Source of the DNA: Alphaproteobacteria bacterium
Lineage (GTDB): Bacteria > Pseudomonadota > Alphaproteobacteria > Bin95
Assembly (NCBI GenBank): GCA_964291285.2
Contig: OZ219787.1
Span: forward strand, 1,024,001-1,088,000
Length of the DNA stretch: 64,000 bases
Reading direction: 5' to 3'
Part shown: positions 1 through 9,685 of the stretch, piece by piece
How the letters are laid out: each line of letters starts with the position of its first letter
How positions within the stretch are numbered: position 1 is the stretch's first letter
Program-made: the position numbers and the translations under genes
The notes under the pieces: generated by a model
What the model was told of the DNA's origin: nothing
What the model saw: only the letters and a program-made list of their open reading frames with translations
The model's database searches: none

Positions 1-564
1 GCCGGAGGCGGCGAGCCGGGCCGCAAGCTCGTCCGGCCGGTCGGAGACGAACAGGCATTGCCGGAGCGCGACGGCACCGTTCGGATGCCCCAGCAGTTCC
101 GGCCGCCAGAGCACCTCCGGCGTCTGGTGCTCGATGACGATGATCCGGCCCTCCGGCCAGCTTGCGTCCTCGGAGAAGATGTTGCGGAAGCGCATCTCGC
201 CCGCCGGCGTCGGGCGGGCGCGCTGCACCGGCGGCCGGAAGCCCTGCGCCGCCAGGCCCGGCCACGCCTCGTCCGCCGAGTGGCAGCGGAAGGCCGCGAT
301 GTGGATGCCTTCATGCCGTGCCATGAAATGCGACCACGGGTTGAAGCGGTGGGGCGCGCGGATGCCGATCAGCTCCAGATAGCCCTGGCGGAAGAGCGCG
401 CAGCGGTTGGCGGTGGCCCAGGGCCGCATGCCGTCCTCGCCCGGCACCGCGCCCTGCTGCGGCGTTTCCGGGGAGAGCAGGAAGCCCAGCCGCTCCAGCG
501 CGGCGGCGCCCGCATCGAGGTCGGCGCGCATCTGGCCGGTATGGTCGAGGGGCCAGGCCGCCAT
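1..564 (-). CDS. VOC/glyoxalase-like family protein (3' end runs off the window)
   Basis: Not in the ORF track. Manual translation from ATG at 564 gives MAAWPLDHTGQMRADLDAGAAALERLGF...TANRCALFRQGYLELIG, a typical Glyoxalase_3 N-terminus. Confidence 0.75.
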   Translation of the reverse strand, partial: MAAWPLDHTGQMRADLDAGAAALERLGFLLSPETPQQGAVPGEDGMRPWATANRCALFRQGYLELIGIRAPHRFNPWSHFMARHEGIHIAAFRCHSADEAWPGLAAQGFRPPVQRARPTPAGEMRFRNIFSEDASWPEGRIIVIEHQTPEVLWRPELLGHPNGAVALRQCLFVSDRPDELAARLAASG

Positions 565-567
565 CGG

Positions 568-2574
568 TCAGGGAAGCCGCACGTCGGTCAGCGGCCGGCC
601 CCAGTCCCGGGCGCGGGCGAGCACGCGCGGCAGGTCCTCCTCCAGCATGAAGCCGTCCTCGATGAGCGTCCGCGCCGCCGCCTCCACCGCCCGCAGATAG
701 CCCGCCGCATCCCCGTAGCGCTCCAGCAGGGAGGGGCGGGGGTCGCCCGCCGCGGCGCGCTCCTCCGGCGTGTCCGGGAAGGGGATGTAGCTGCCGGAGA
801 ACTCGTGCATCGCCCCGCCGGCAACGCCGCGCCGGCGGATGTTCCAGCCGGCGAAGGTGCCGACGGGCGCGGCGACCATCGGCGCGCGCACGCCGGCCAC
901 CTCGTTGCCGTCCGCATCGACCGCCGGCACCAGCACGGGGTAGCCGTCTTCGGCCAGCACCTCCGGCGGCTCCCTGTCGAGAATCCCCTCGCCGGCGCGC
1001 GGGCCGAAATCGAGCGCCGGCATGAGGTTGGGCGATTGCGGCACCGCCCCGCCGGGGATCGCCGGGAATTGCTCCCGCCACGCCGCGTAGGGCACGAGCG
1101 TGCCGTCGGCGGCGCGGGGATGGCGGCTCGGCGGGGGCGGCGGGCCGCCGTCCGCCCAGCGGTCGAGCGCGTCGAGCATGGCGCGGAACAGCATGGAAGT
1201 CTGCGCGACATTCAGCCAGTTCTCGCAGACCGCCCGGCGCGGCTCGCGCTGGTTCGGGTCGGCGGAATGCTGGGTGCCGGTCCAGTGGTAGAGGCGCACG
1301 CCCTCCGGCTCGGCGAGGTCGTTGCCCCCGCAGTCCGTGTGGACCAGCGAGCCGCGCCGCTGCCAGTATTCCGTCGCGGTCTGCGTGTGGACGATGAGCG
1401 GGTCGGTGTCCGGGCGCTTCAGGATGGCGTCGGTGCGGCCGCTGTGCGGGTCCGTGCAGGGGCTGTAGGCGAAGGGGAAACCGTCGGCAGGCGCGTAATG
1501 GTCCTCGTGCAGCTGGCCGCCCGAGACCACGGCATTGGCGAAACGCTGGTTCAGCCACTTGCCGCCGGCGCCCGAGACATGCGGCATCAGCCCGTCGAAC
1601 ACCCGCCGGCCGGCGGCGTCGGCGTTGAAGCCCCGCCAGACGAAATCGCGGATCGCGCGGCCGGTCTGCGAGCGGCCGTAGCCGTAAGCCCTGTCGATGC
1701 CGCCGAGCGGGTTGCCGACGCCCTCCTCGTGGCGCAGCCAGCTCACGAGGTCGCGCACCGCGACATGCCCGAGGCCCATCACCAGCGGGTCGCGGCCTTC
1801 ATAGACGATCTCGTAGATCCAGCCGGGGCGGAAGCCGCCGGGCAGGTGGACATGGCTGTCCGACGGCACGACGGACCGTTCGGGCCCGAGCCCGTCGAGC
1901 CCGCCGCCGGTCTCGATGCGCGCGAAGGACCAGGCGTCCGGCGGCACCGGCCGGCGCGGCGCATCGGCATAGGGCCGCATGGTGAGGCTCGCCTTCGCCG
2001 TATCGAGCGAGACCGCCGGATGGGAGCGCGTCGAGCCGCGGCCGCTGAGCGGCAGGCAGACGACGCCCGGCCCGTCGGCGATGAACTCGGTGCGCACCGG
2101 CCCCGTCACCGGCCCGTCCTCATGGCGCGCGACGGGCAGGTCGAGCAGCATCCGGCCCTCGCCCGGCAGCAGGTCGCCCTGCCAGGCGCCGAACACGACC
2201 GTGTAGCCGCGCCGGAAGAGGAAGCCGTTGCCGGCATGGGCCGGGGTCTCGGGGTCGTTGCTGTGTTCGGCGTCGCAGAAATACTGGAGCGCGCGCTTGT
2301 TGCCCCGGTTGCCCCAGTCGAAGAACAGCTGCCGGTTGCCGAGCGCCGGGTCCGCCGGCTGCAGGATGAAGACATCGGCGCTGAAGCGGACCAGCCCGTC
2401 GCCGTCCCTCGGCGCGAGCGCAATGTCCGTCACCCCCGCCTGCGCCGGCGCCAGCGGATCGACCCGGTGGTGTGCGCGGCCCTCGATGCGCTCATAGGCC
2501 CCGGTCCCCGCAAACCGCTCTCCGCCCGCAAAGGGCCGGCGGTCGCGGATCTCCAGTTGCACGAAATTGGTCAT
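568..2574 (-). CDS. alpha/beta hydrolase domain-containing protein
   Basis: 668 aa; GAYERIEG, WGNRGNK, G-x-S-Q-T-G-R nucleophile elbow, EYWQRRGSL and VDADGNE motifs. Confidence 0.8.
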   Translation of the reverse strand: MTNFVQLEIRDRRPFAGGERFAGTGAYERIEGRAHHRVDPLAPAQAGVTDIALAPRDGDGLVRFSADVFILQPADPALGNRQLFFDWGNRGNKRALQYFCDAEHSNDPETPAHAGNGFLFRRGYTVVFGAWQGDLLPGEGRMLLDLPVARHEDGPVTGPVRTEFIADGPGVVCLPLSGRGSTRSHPAVSLDTAKASLTMRPYADAPRRPVPPDAWSFARIETGGGLDGLGPERSVVPSDSHVHLPGGFRPGWIYEIVYEGRDPLVMGLGHVAVRDLVSWLRHEEGVGNPLGGIDRAYGYGRSQTGRAIRDFVWRGFNADAAGRRVFDGLMPHVSGAGGKWLNQRFANAVVSGGQLHEDHYAPADGFPFAYSPCTDPHSGRTDAILKRPDTDPLIVHTQTATEYWQRRGSLVHTDCGGNDLAEPEGVRLYHWTGTQHSADPNQREPRRAVCENWLNVAQTSMLFRAMLDALDRWADGGPPPPPSRHPRAADGTLVPYAAWREQFPAIPGGAVPQSPNLMPALDFGPRAGEGILDREPPEVLAEDGYPVLVPAVDADGNEVAGVRAPMVAAPVGTFAGWNIRRRGVAGGAMHEFSGSYIPFPDTPEERAAAGDPRPSLLERYGDAAGYLRAVEAAARTLIEDGFMLEEDLPRVLARARDWGRPLTDVRLP

Positions 2575-2664
2575 GTCCCCATATTCTCCCGAGCGGCAGC
2601 CGCGACAATAATCGGCTGTTCGGGGAGGTCCATGGGCGTGTCCTTGTGGCGCAGAGAGGAAGCG

Positions 2665-3549
2665 ATGACAGACTGTAAACAGGATGGTGACGCTTCGACC
2701 GCCGCGGCAGGCTTGATTCAGTGGGTCGCCGAGGGCGCGGCTGCAGCAAGGACCGTCGTTGCGGAAAAGGCAGAAAAGGGAGATGCTCTGATTCGTTCAG
2801 GGGCAGCCGGCACAGCGGCCAGTTTTGCTGCCGCTAGCGCAGCTCTTGTCGGCTACGCCAAGAATCTGGATTGGAGCCTCATCGACCATTCCAAGTGGCT
2901 GCACGTCGGCACCCATGGAGTTGGCAGAAGCCTTGAAGAGGCCAAACTTGTGTGGGAGTCGATTCCGGAGCAATTGCGCGCTCTCGGCCCGGAAGCAATA
3001 GCCAAACGCCTCGAAGGTTTCGACTGGAGCCATATCGTCCCCTACAGCAAGGGTGGCGGCAATGACGCGGCGAACGGGATTTTTGAGTTGGCCGACTTGA
3101 ACCGGGCCCGTGGCGCAGAGCAGATGACCGGGGCCGAGATCGAGGCGGCGGCGCAGGTCCTTTCGCAAACAGCATTCGAGGCTGCGCTTCAGGAAATCGC
3201 CTCCCAGGCATTGGCCGGCGCTGCCATGAGCGCGGCAGTGTCTTGTGTACTTTCGAGCTTGAAATTCGGTCTCGAATACCAACGCGGCAATATCGACCGG
3301 GACACAATGTACCGGAGCATCGGCTTGGAAACAGGCAAGTCCGCCGTTGTTGGGGCAGCAATACTTGGCATCGTATCCGCTCTAGCGTTGAAATTCCCTG
3401 CCGTCATTCCCCTTGCACTACCCCTGATATTGTTGCTTGCGGCAGTGGGCTTCTGCATTGTCGGCCACAAACTAGTCGGCCTTGGTAAAGGCTGGTACGA
3501 GCTTTATCGGGAGTCTGCGGCCATCGGGCTCCCGTTTCGGTTCGCGTAA
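2665..3549 (+). CDS. hypothetical protein with HNH-like motif and C-terminal hydrophobic helices
   Basis: Real part of the track ORF 58..3549. GAGGA RBS before ATG 2665; motif WSHIVPYSKGGGNDAANGIFELADLNRARG; visibly lower GC than the flanks. Confidence 0.7.
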   Translation: MTDCKQDGDASTAAAGLIQWVAEGAAAARTVVAEKAEKGDALIRSGAAGTAASFAAASAALVGYAKNLDWSLIDHSKWLHVGTHGVGRSLEEAKLVWESIPEQLRALGPEAIAKRLEGFDWSHIVPYSKGGGNDAANGIFELADLNRARGAEQMTGAEIEAAAQVLSQTAFEAALQEIASQALAGAAMSAAVSCVLSSLKFGLEYQRGNIDRDTMYRSIGLETGKSAVVGAAILGIVSALALKFPAVIPLALPLILLLAAVGFCIVGHKLVGLGKGWYELYRESAAIGLPFRFA

Positions 3550-3552
3550 GCC

Positions 3553-4317
3553 ATGTCCGCAGCCGGGTCCGTCGTTCTGACCGAGCAAAGGGGCGCGGTG
3601 CGCCATATCGTGCTCAACCGGCCGGAGGCACTGAACGCGATCGACGACGCCCTGGTCCCCGCGCTTACACAGGCGTTCCGGGACGCCAACGCCGATGCCG
3701 GGACGCGCGCCATCGTCTTCCGGGGCGCGGGACGGGCCTTCTGCGCGGGCGCGGACCTCAAGGCGCGGAAGATCGCGGGAAGCGAAGCCGCGGCGCGGGC
3801 GCGGGCGCAGGCGATCCAGGACGTCACGCGCGCCATCGTCTTTGGCGACGTGCCGGTGGTCGGCGCGATCCACGGCTGGGCGGTCGGCGGCGGCTTCGAA
3901 TGGGCGCTCAATTGCGACTTCCCGATCTGGGCCGAGAGCGCGCGGGGCTTCTTCCCGGAAGTGTCCTGGGGCCTGTTCGTCACCGGCGGCGTCTCGGCCA
4001 TCCTGCCGAACCTGATCGGCCTCCAGAAAACCAAGGAACTGCTGATGCTGGGCGAACGCTACGATGCGGCGGCGCTCCACGAGCTCGGCATCGCCTGGCG
4101 CGTGGCGGCCGACGATGCGTTGCTCGTGGAAGCGGAAGCCGTGGCCGAACGGCTGGCGGCGCTTCCGGTGCGCGCCGTCCGCGACATGAAGCGCACCCTC
4201 AACCGCGCCGCCTACGGCGATGTGGCGGAGGCGATGGAGCGCGAGGTGGACGCGGTGGCGCGCTCATACAACGACCCCGAGACCTTCGAACGGATCGCCG
4301 CCTTCAGCGACCGCTGA
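3553..4317 (+). CDS. enoyl-CoA hydratase/isomerase family protein
   Basis: LNRPEALNA, AFCAGADL and AVGGGFE...CD crotonase motifs. Confidence 0.92.
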   Translation: MSAAGSVVLTEQRGAVRHIVLNRPEALNAIDDALVPALTQAFRDANADAGTRAIVFRGAGRAFCAGADLKARKIAGSEAAARARAQAIQDVTRAIVFGDVPVVGAIHGWAVGGGFEWALNCDFPIWAESARGFFPEVSWGLFVTGGVSAILPNLIGLQKTKELLMLGERYDAAALHELGIAWRVAADDALLVEAEAVAERLAALPVRAVRDMKRTLNRAAYGDVAEAMEREVDAVARSYNDPETFERIAAFSDR

Positions 4318-4741
4318 AAGCGCTGTCCGGGTCCGTCAGCGCCTGGAGGCGCAGTCCCGCCATGCGCGCAAACCGCGTGATGAGCGACTTGCGCCGCGCC
4401 GGGTTGAGCCGGCCTTCCTCCGGTTCGCGCAGCAGCTCCGCGCCGAAGCCGTCCGCGACCAGCAGGCCGCAGCCCTCCGGGATCAGATGCCTGGGAAACT
4501 CTTCCGGGACGGCGAAATAGAACGCATCGCAGAAGGCCGGATAGTCCTGCCACTTGGCGTCCGCGCGGAAATCGGCTTCGGAGGACTTCACCTCGACGAC
4601 GGCAATGCGGCCGTCCTCGGCGATCGCGATCACGTCCACGCGGCGGCGATTGCGCAGGGTGAATTCGGTCAGCACCGCATAGCCGGCGTGGCGCAGGAAC
4701 CGGCACACGCCGCGCGCGAGGAGGACACCGTCGTTCTTCAT
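4304..4741 (-). CDS. mmcB: MmcB family DNA repair protein
   Basis: EFTLRNRRRVDV, IAVVEVKSSEADFRADAKWQDY..FCD.FYFAV, ADGFGAE motifs. Confidence 0.88.
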   Translation of the reverse strand: MKNDGVLLARGVCRFLRHAGYAVLTEFTLRNRRRVDVIAIAEDGRIAVVEVKSSEADFRADAKWQDYPAFCDAFYFAVPEEFPRHLIPEGCGLLVADGFGAELLREPEEGRLNPARRKSLITRFARMAGLRLQALTDPDSAFSGR

Positions 4742-4747
4742 ATGTTC
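4733..4747. promoter_or_regulatory. alphaproteobacterial LexA (SOS) box
   Basis: GTTC-ttcatat-GTTC, a perfect GTTC-N7-GTTC overlapping the mmcB start and the mutY stop. Confidence 0.8.
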
Positions 4748-5789
4748 AGATTAGCCGATCCTTGCCGTCGAGCGCAAGCCGGACGACCTTCTTCATGGCC
4801 GTAGGCAGGGCGTAGCCGTCGAGAGCGTCGATGGGCGCCCAGACGCAACCCTCGGGCGGGGCGGCTGCGCTCCTGCCGGTGCGCACGTCCAGTTCGAGGA
4901 TGAAATGCGTGAAGCCGTGCCGGGCGACGGCGCCGAGCGGCTCCCATGCCCCTTCGACCGGCGGGGCCTCGGGCGGCAGGCCGTCTTCGACCCAGGGGCC
5001 GGAGGGCACTTCCATCATGCCGCCGAGCAGGCCGCTCTCCGGCCGGCGGCGGAGCAGCACCCGCCCGGCGCCGTCCTCGGTCCAGTAGGCGATGCCCCGC
5101 CGCACCGGGCGCCGGCGCTTCGGGGCCTTGACCGGCAGGCTTTCGGCAGTCCCGGCCGCCCTGGCGAGGCAGTCCTTCGACCAGGGGCAGACGCCGCAGC
5201 GGGGACGGCGCGGCAGGCACACCGTCGCGCCGAGGTCCATGACCGCCTGCGCATAGTCGCCGGGGCGCGCCTCCGGGGTCAGGCTCGCCGCCGCGTCCCG
5301 GATCGCCTTCTTCGCGGCGGGCAGCGGCGTCTCGATGCGGAAGAGGCGCGCCATCACCCGCTCGACATTGCCGTCCACGACGGTCGCCTTGCGGTCGAAG
5401 GCGATGGCGGCGATGGCGGCCGCGGTGTAGGCGCCGACGCCGGGCAGGGCGCGCAGGCCGGCCTCGCTGTCCGGGAAGCGCCCGCCATGCTGCGCGGCGA
5501 CGATGCGGGCGGCGGTGTGCAGGTTGCGCGCCCGGGCGTAATAGCCGAGCCCCTGCCATGCCTGCAGCACCTCGTCCAGCGAGGCGGCGGCAAGCGCCCC
5601 GACATCGGGCCAGCGCTCAAGGAACCGGTGGAAATAAGGGCCGGCGGCCGCGGCCACGGTCTGCTGCAGCATGATCTCGCTCAGCCACACCCGATAGGGC
5701 TCCGCGCGCTCGCCCGGCGGCGCGCGCCAGGGCAGCTCGCGGCGATGCGCGTCGTACCACGCAAGCAGCGCCTCCGCCTTCGCCTTCAT
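4746..5789 (-). CDS. mutY: A/G-specific adenine glycosylase
   Basis: WLSEIMLQQT, WQGLGYYARARNL, LPGVGAYTA (HhH), VDGNVERV, C-x6-C-x2-C-x5-C Fe-S motif, C-terminal NUDIX-like domain. Confidence 0.96.
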   Translation of the reverse strand: MKAKAEALLAWYDAHRRELPWRAPPGERAEPYRVWLSEIMLQQTVAAAAGPYFHRFLERWPDVGALAAASLDEVLQAWQGLGYYARARNLHTAARIVAAQHGGRFPDSEAGLRALPGVGAYTAAAIAAIAFDRKATVVDGNVERVMARLFRIETPLPAAKKAIRDAAASLTPEARPGDYAQAVMDLGATVCLPRRPRCGVCPWSKDCLARAAGTAESLPVKAPKRRRPVRRGIAYWTEDGAGRVLLRRRPESGLLGGMMEVPSGPWVEDGLPPEAPPVEGAWEPLGAVARHGFTHFILELDVRTGRSAAAPPEGCVWAPIDALDGYALPTAMKKVVRLALDGKDRLI

Positions 5790-5881
5790 GGCCTCTCCCT
5801 GCCGCCCTCGAGGCGGCTTCGGTCAGCATAATGCCGGGATTCCGTCATTGAGGTTTGTCCCGTTTGGGGCATGCTGGGCGC

Positions 5882-6364
5882 ATGACCGGGAGAAACCCAG
5901 GCAGGCGCAGAACGGGTCGGTTTGTGGCCGTCGGGGCGGCGGTGGAACGAGGGCTCGCGCCGACCGCCCGGAAGCACGGCTTTTCGGAAACGCGGCTCCT
6001 GCTGCGGTGGGAGAGCGTCGTCGGGACCGAAATCGCGGCGTGGACGCGGCCGCTGCGCCTGGTCCGCGGCGTGCTTCATCTGCGGGTCGCGTCAGCCTGG
6101 GCGACCTATATCCAGCACCAGGGGCCGTCGATCCGGGACCGCGTGAACCTGTTCCTGGGGCGCAAGGCGGTGACGCGCATCGTCCTGAAGCAGGGCCGCA
6201 TCGACCCGCCGCCGGTTGCAGGGCCTCCCGTGGAGCCGGCGCCGGAGCCGGTTGCGGTGTCCGGCATATCCGACCCCGAACTCAGCATCACGCTCGCGCG
6301 ATTGGGCGGTGCCGTGCAGGCGCGGCAGAAACGGATGACCACGTTCCGCAAGACCTCGCCCTAG
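5882..6364 (+). CDS. DUF721 / DciA family protein
   Basis: HGFSETRLLLRWESVVG.EIA..TRP, RVNLFLG motifs; conserved position divergent from mutY. Confidence 0.8.
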   Translation: MTGRNPGRRRTGRFVAVGAAVERGLAPTARKHGFSETRLLLRWESVVGTEIAAWTRPLRLVRGVLHLRVASAWATYIQHQGPSIRDRVNLFLGRKAVTRIVLKQGRIDPPPVAGPPVEPAPEPVAVSGISDPELSITLARLGGAVQARQKRMTTFRKTSP

Positions 6365-6451
6365 CAGATTTTCCGAAGATATATTTTTGACTCCGGATGC
6401 CTTGTTTATGCCCCAATTCTAAAGTAGCATACGACATCTTGTTGTGAGGCT

Positions 6452-7135
6452 ATGCCGATGCGGAACATATGGACCGTTGTTGTCGTCGTGGCAGTCGCAG
6501 TCATTGTCAGCGCCGCCTACAACTCCTTTTTCGCCAGACAGACCGGTTCGCAACTTGCCGTGAGTCCGCTGGACAGCGTCGCCGCCCACGCGGCGGACGC
6601 CGTTTCGAATCCGGAAATCGGGCTGGAAGAACGAGTGCTCGGCGAGGAAAGCGCCAGAGTCACGATCGTCGAATATTCATCGCTGACCTGCCCGCATTGC
6701 GCGCAATTCCATGCCGAGGGCTACAGGCACCTGAAGAGCGCCTATATCGACACCGGAAAGGTGAAACTCGTCTTTCGCGATTTCCCGCTCGACGGCCTGG
6801 CGTTGCGTGCGGCGGCGCTTGCCGAATGTGTGCCGGCCGGACGCTATTTTCCCTTCCTTCAATTGCTCTTCGAGGGCCAGGGAGTCTGGGCGCGTTCTGA
6901 AAACCCGCTGGTGGAACTCCTGCGTCTCGGGCAGCTCGCGGGCCTCAGTCAGGAACGCGCGAACGAGTGTCTTCAGGACGAGGCGGGGCTGGAGAAGATT
7001 ATCCAGGAACGGCTGGCCGGCCAGGAGCAATACCAGATCGATTCAACGCCGAGTTTCATAATCGACGGGCGCAAGCATCCGGGCGCCCTGACTGCGGATG
7101 AACTCGACGAAATCCTGGCGCCCCTTCTGGGCTGA
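6452..7135 (+). CDS. DsbA family thiol-disulfide oxidoreductase
   Basis: N-terminal TM segment; VTIVEYSSLTCPHCA, RDFPLD and STPSF motifs. Confidence 0.92.
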   Translation: MPMRNIWTVVVVVAVAVIVSAAYNSFFARQTGSQLAVSPLDSVAAHAADAVSNPEIGLEERVLGEESARVTIVEYSSLTCPHCAQFHAEGYRHLKSAYIDTGKVKLVFRDFPLDGLALRAAALAECVPAGRYFPFLQLLFEGQGVWARSENPLVELLRLGQLAGLSQERANECLQDEAGLEKIIQERLAGQEQYQIDSTPSFIIDGRKHPGALTADELDEILAPLLG

Positions 7136-7155
7136 CCTCTTCTTCACGGCAGCCG

Positions 7156-8109
7156 CTATCCGGTCGCCCACAATGCGGCCAGCAGGCAGGCGTGCAGGGC
7201 GCAAGCAGCAATAAAGAGGCGCAGGGCGCGGCGAATGTCCTGCGGTGTCGCCCGGCTGCGGCCCCGGCCCATCCAGGCGTCCTCGACCGCCCTGCCGCCA
7301 TAGCGCCGGGGGCCTGCAAGCGCGAGTCCCAGCGCGCCCGCCATCGCCGCCTCCGGCCAGCCGGCGTTCGGCGAGCGGTGCCGGTGTGCGTCGTTCATCA
7401 CGGCGCGCCATGCGCCGAGCGGGCTTGCCCGGCGGAAGCAGAACGCCGCGCCCATGAGCAGGAGAGCGGAAATCCGCGCCGGCAGGAAACAGGCGATATC
7501 GTCGGCCCGCGCCGACCAGGCGCCGAAAGCCTCGTGGTGCTGCGTGCGGTGGCCGATCATGCTGTCGAGCGTGTTGACCGCCTTGAAGGCGCAAAGCCCC
7601 GGCAGGCCGAGCAGCAGGAACCAGAAAGCGGGCGCCACCACGCTGTCGGAGAAGTTCTCCGCCAGTGACTCGATCCCGGCGCGGGCGACGCCGTGGGCGT
7701 CGAGCGAGGCCGGATCGCGCCCGGCGACGTGGGAAACCGCCTCGCGCCCCTGATCCAGACCGGCTTCGAGGCCGGCCGCGACCGCCGCGACATGGTCGTA
7801 CAACCCGCGCTGCGCGATGAGCAGGAAGGCCAGCAGGAGGGTCGGCAGCCATCCCAGCAGGCTGAGGGCCCAGCCGGCCGCCGCGGCGGCCGCAGTCACG
7901 GCCAACAGGGCGAAGGCCCCGCGCAGCCGCCGGTCGGCGGCCGGGCGCTCGGGCCGGTTGAGGCGGGTATCCATGCGCTCGATCATGCGCCCGATCAAGG
8001 CAACCGGGTGCGGCACCCGGCGGAACAGGGCCGGCAAGTCGCCCAGCGCCGCGTCCAGCAGCAGGGCGCCAAGCAGGATCGGGACGATGCTTGCGGTTCC
8101 GTCTATCAT
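7156..8109 (-). CDS. cbiB: adenosylcobinamide-phosphate synthase CbiB (CobD)
   Basis: HPVALIG, ESLAENFSDSVVAP, KAVNTLDSMIGH, SPNAGWPEAAMAGALG motifs. Confidence 0.95.
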   Translation of the reverse strand: MIDGTASIVPILLGALLLDAALGDLPALFRRVPHPVALIGRMIERMDTRLNRPERPAADRRLRGAFALLAVTAAAAAAGWALSLLGWLPTLLLAFLLIAQRGLYDHVAAVAAGLEAGLDQGREAVSHVAGRDPASLDAHGVARAGIESLAENFSDSVVAPAFWFLLLGLPGLCAFKAVNTLDSMIGHRTQHHEAFGAWSARADDIACFLPARISALLLMGAAFCFRRASPLGAWRAVMNDAHRHRSPNAGWPEAAMAGALGLALAGPRRYGGRAVEDAWMGRGRSRATPQDIRRALRLFIAACALHACLLAALWATG

Positions 8110-8141
8110 GGGCGCCGATTCTACTCGAAACGAGAGGTACG

Positions 8142-9074
8142 ATGCCCAAGACCGGAGTCATGGTTTGCGGTCACGGCAGCCGCGATGCGGATGCGGTGCA
8201 GGAGTTCCTGTCCCTTGCCGAGGGGCTCCGGCCCCGCCTGCCGGACTACGATCTGGAAATCGGCTTCCTCGAATTCGCCCGTCCGGTAATCCGCGAGGGG
8301 CTGGAAGCGCTGGCGGAACGCGGCAACCGGCGCATCCTGGCGGTCCCCGGCATGCTGTTCGCCGCCGGGCATGTGAAGAACGACGTGCCCTCCGAGATCA
8401 ACGAGTTCGCGCAGGCGCACCCCGAGATCGACATAAGGCTCGGGCGAGACCTCGCCATCGACGCGAAGCTGATGCAGGCGGCCCGCGAACGCATCGAGAG
8501 CGTGCTCGACGGCGAAACGCCCCGCGCGGAAACGCTGCTGATGGTGGTGGGGCGGGGCACCAACGACCCGGACGCCAACTCCAATGTCAGCAAGGTCGCC
8601 CGGATGCTGTGGGAGGGCATGGGCTTCGGCTGGGCCGAGACCTGCTATTCGGGCGTCGCGCACCCGCGTGTCGATGCCGGGCTGGAGCGGGCCGCCCGGC
8701 TCGGCTTTTCACGGATCGTCGTCTTTCCCTATTTCCTGTTCACCGGCGTGCTCGTGCGGCGCATCTACGACCAGACCGACAAGGTTGCAGCGGCCCACCC
8801 CGGAATGTCCTTCGTCAAGGCGCCCTATCTGAATGACCATCCCCTGGTGCTGGACAGCTTCGCGGAGCGCGTCCGGGGAACGCTGACGGGCGACAACCTG
8901 ATGAATTGCGCGCTCTGCAAATACCGCGAGCAGATCGTCGGGCGGGAGGATGAAGTCGGCACGCCGCAGGCGGGCCATCACCACCATGTGCGCGGCGGCG
9001 GACACCCGCATTCCCATGAGCATGGGCACGACCATTCCCACGAGCATGGGCACGGCCACTCCCACGGGCACTGA
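8142..9074 (+). CDS. cbiX: sirohydrochlorin cobaltochelatase, long CbiX type
   Basis: GHGSRD, FLEFARP, AAGHVKND, MNCALCKYR and a His-rich tail. Confidence 0.92.
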   Translation: MPKTGVMVCGHGSRDADAVQEFLSLAEGLRPRLPDYDLEIGFLEFARPVIREGLEALAERGNRRILAVPGMLFAAGHVKNDVPSEINEFAQAHPEIDIRLGRDLAIDAKLMQAARERIESVLDGETPRAETLLMVVGRGTNDPDANSNVSKVARMLWEGMGFGWAETCYSGVAHPRVDAGLERAARLGFSRIVVFPYFLFTGVLVRRIYDQTDKVAAAHPGMSFVKAPYLNDHPLVLDSFAERVRGTLTGDNLMNCALCKYREQIVGREDEVGTPQAGHHHHVRGGGHPHSHEHGHDHSHEHGHGHSHGH

Positions 9075-9685
9075 TGCATACATATCTGCGCGATCCGGCG
9101 GCGATCTACCGGCTCTCCTTCCGCATGGCGCGCGAGGAAACGGACCTGTCGGGCCTGCCGCCGCGCGCCGCCGGGCTTGCCCTGCGCCTCGTCCATGCCT
9201 GCGGCCGGCCTGAGATCGTGCAGGACCTGTCCTTTAGCGACGGGGTGTTCGAGCGGGCGGAATCCGGCCTGGCGGCCGGGGCGTCCATCATTGCCGACAC
9301 ACGCATGACGGCCGAGGGCATCATCGGGCGGACGGCCGTCTGCGCCATAGACGAACCTTCGGTCGCGGAGGCGGCGCGTACCGGCGGAAAGACGCGGGCC
9401 ATGGCTGCGATGGACGCGCTGGCGGACCGTTTCCAAGGGGCCGTGGTGGCGGTCGGCAACGCCCCGACGGCGCTGTTCAGGCTGCTTGAGCTCGTGGCCG
9501 GAGGCGCGCCGCAGCCGCTGGCGGTGCTGGGCTTTCCGGTGGGCTTTGTAGGCGCGGCGGAGTCGAAGACGGCGCTGATCGAAAGCGGCCTGCCGCATAT
9601 CGCGCTCCGGGGCCGCTTCGGCGGCAGCGCGCTCGCGGCAGCGGCCGTCAATGCGCTGCTCTACCCGTCCGAGACTGCGCCGTGA
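9074..9685 (+). CDS. cobH: precorrin-8X methylmutase
   Basis: GNAPTAL, GFPVGFVGAAESK and GRFGGSA motifs. Confidence 0.95.
   Translation: MHTYLRDPAAIYRLSFRMAREETDLSGLPPRAAGLALRLVHACGRPEIVQDLSFSDGVFERAESGLAAGASIIADTRMTAEGIIGRTAVCAIDEPSVAEAARTGGKTRAMAAMDALADRFQGAVVAVGNAPTALFRLLELVAGGAPQPLAVLGFPVGFVGAAESKTALIESGLPHIALRGRFGGSALAAAAVNALLYPSETAP

Noticed and set aside
562-570. TGA-CCG-ATG in-frame junction between the hydrolase and the VOC gene as readthrough
   Set aside because: Both proteins look complete, and a similar 3-nt gap occurs with TAA at 3547-3553.
58-2664. N-terminal ~870 aa of the 1163-aa ORF
   Set aside because: Antisense shadow of the hydrolase and VOC genes; Arg/Ala-rich with no motifs. 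Only 2665-3549 looks coding.
9000-9072. Tandem ~24-bp repeats
   Set aside because: Explained by the His-rich tail of CbiX.
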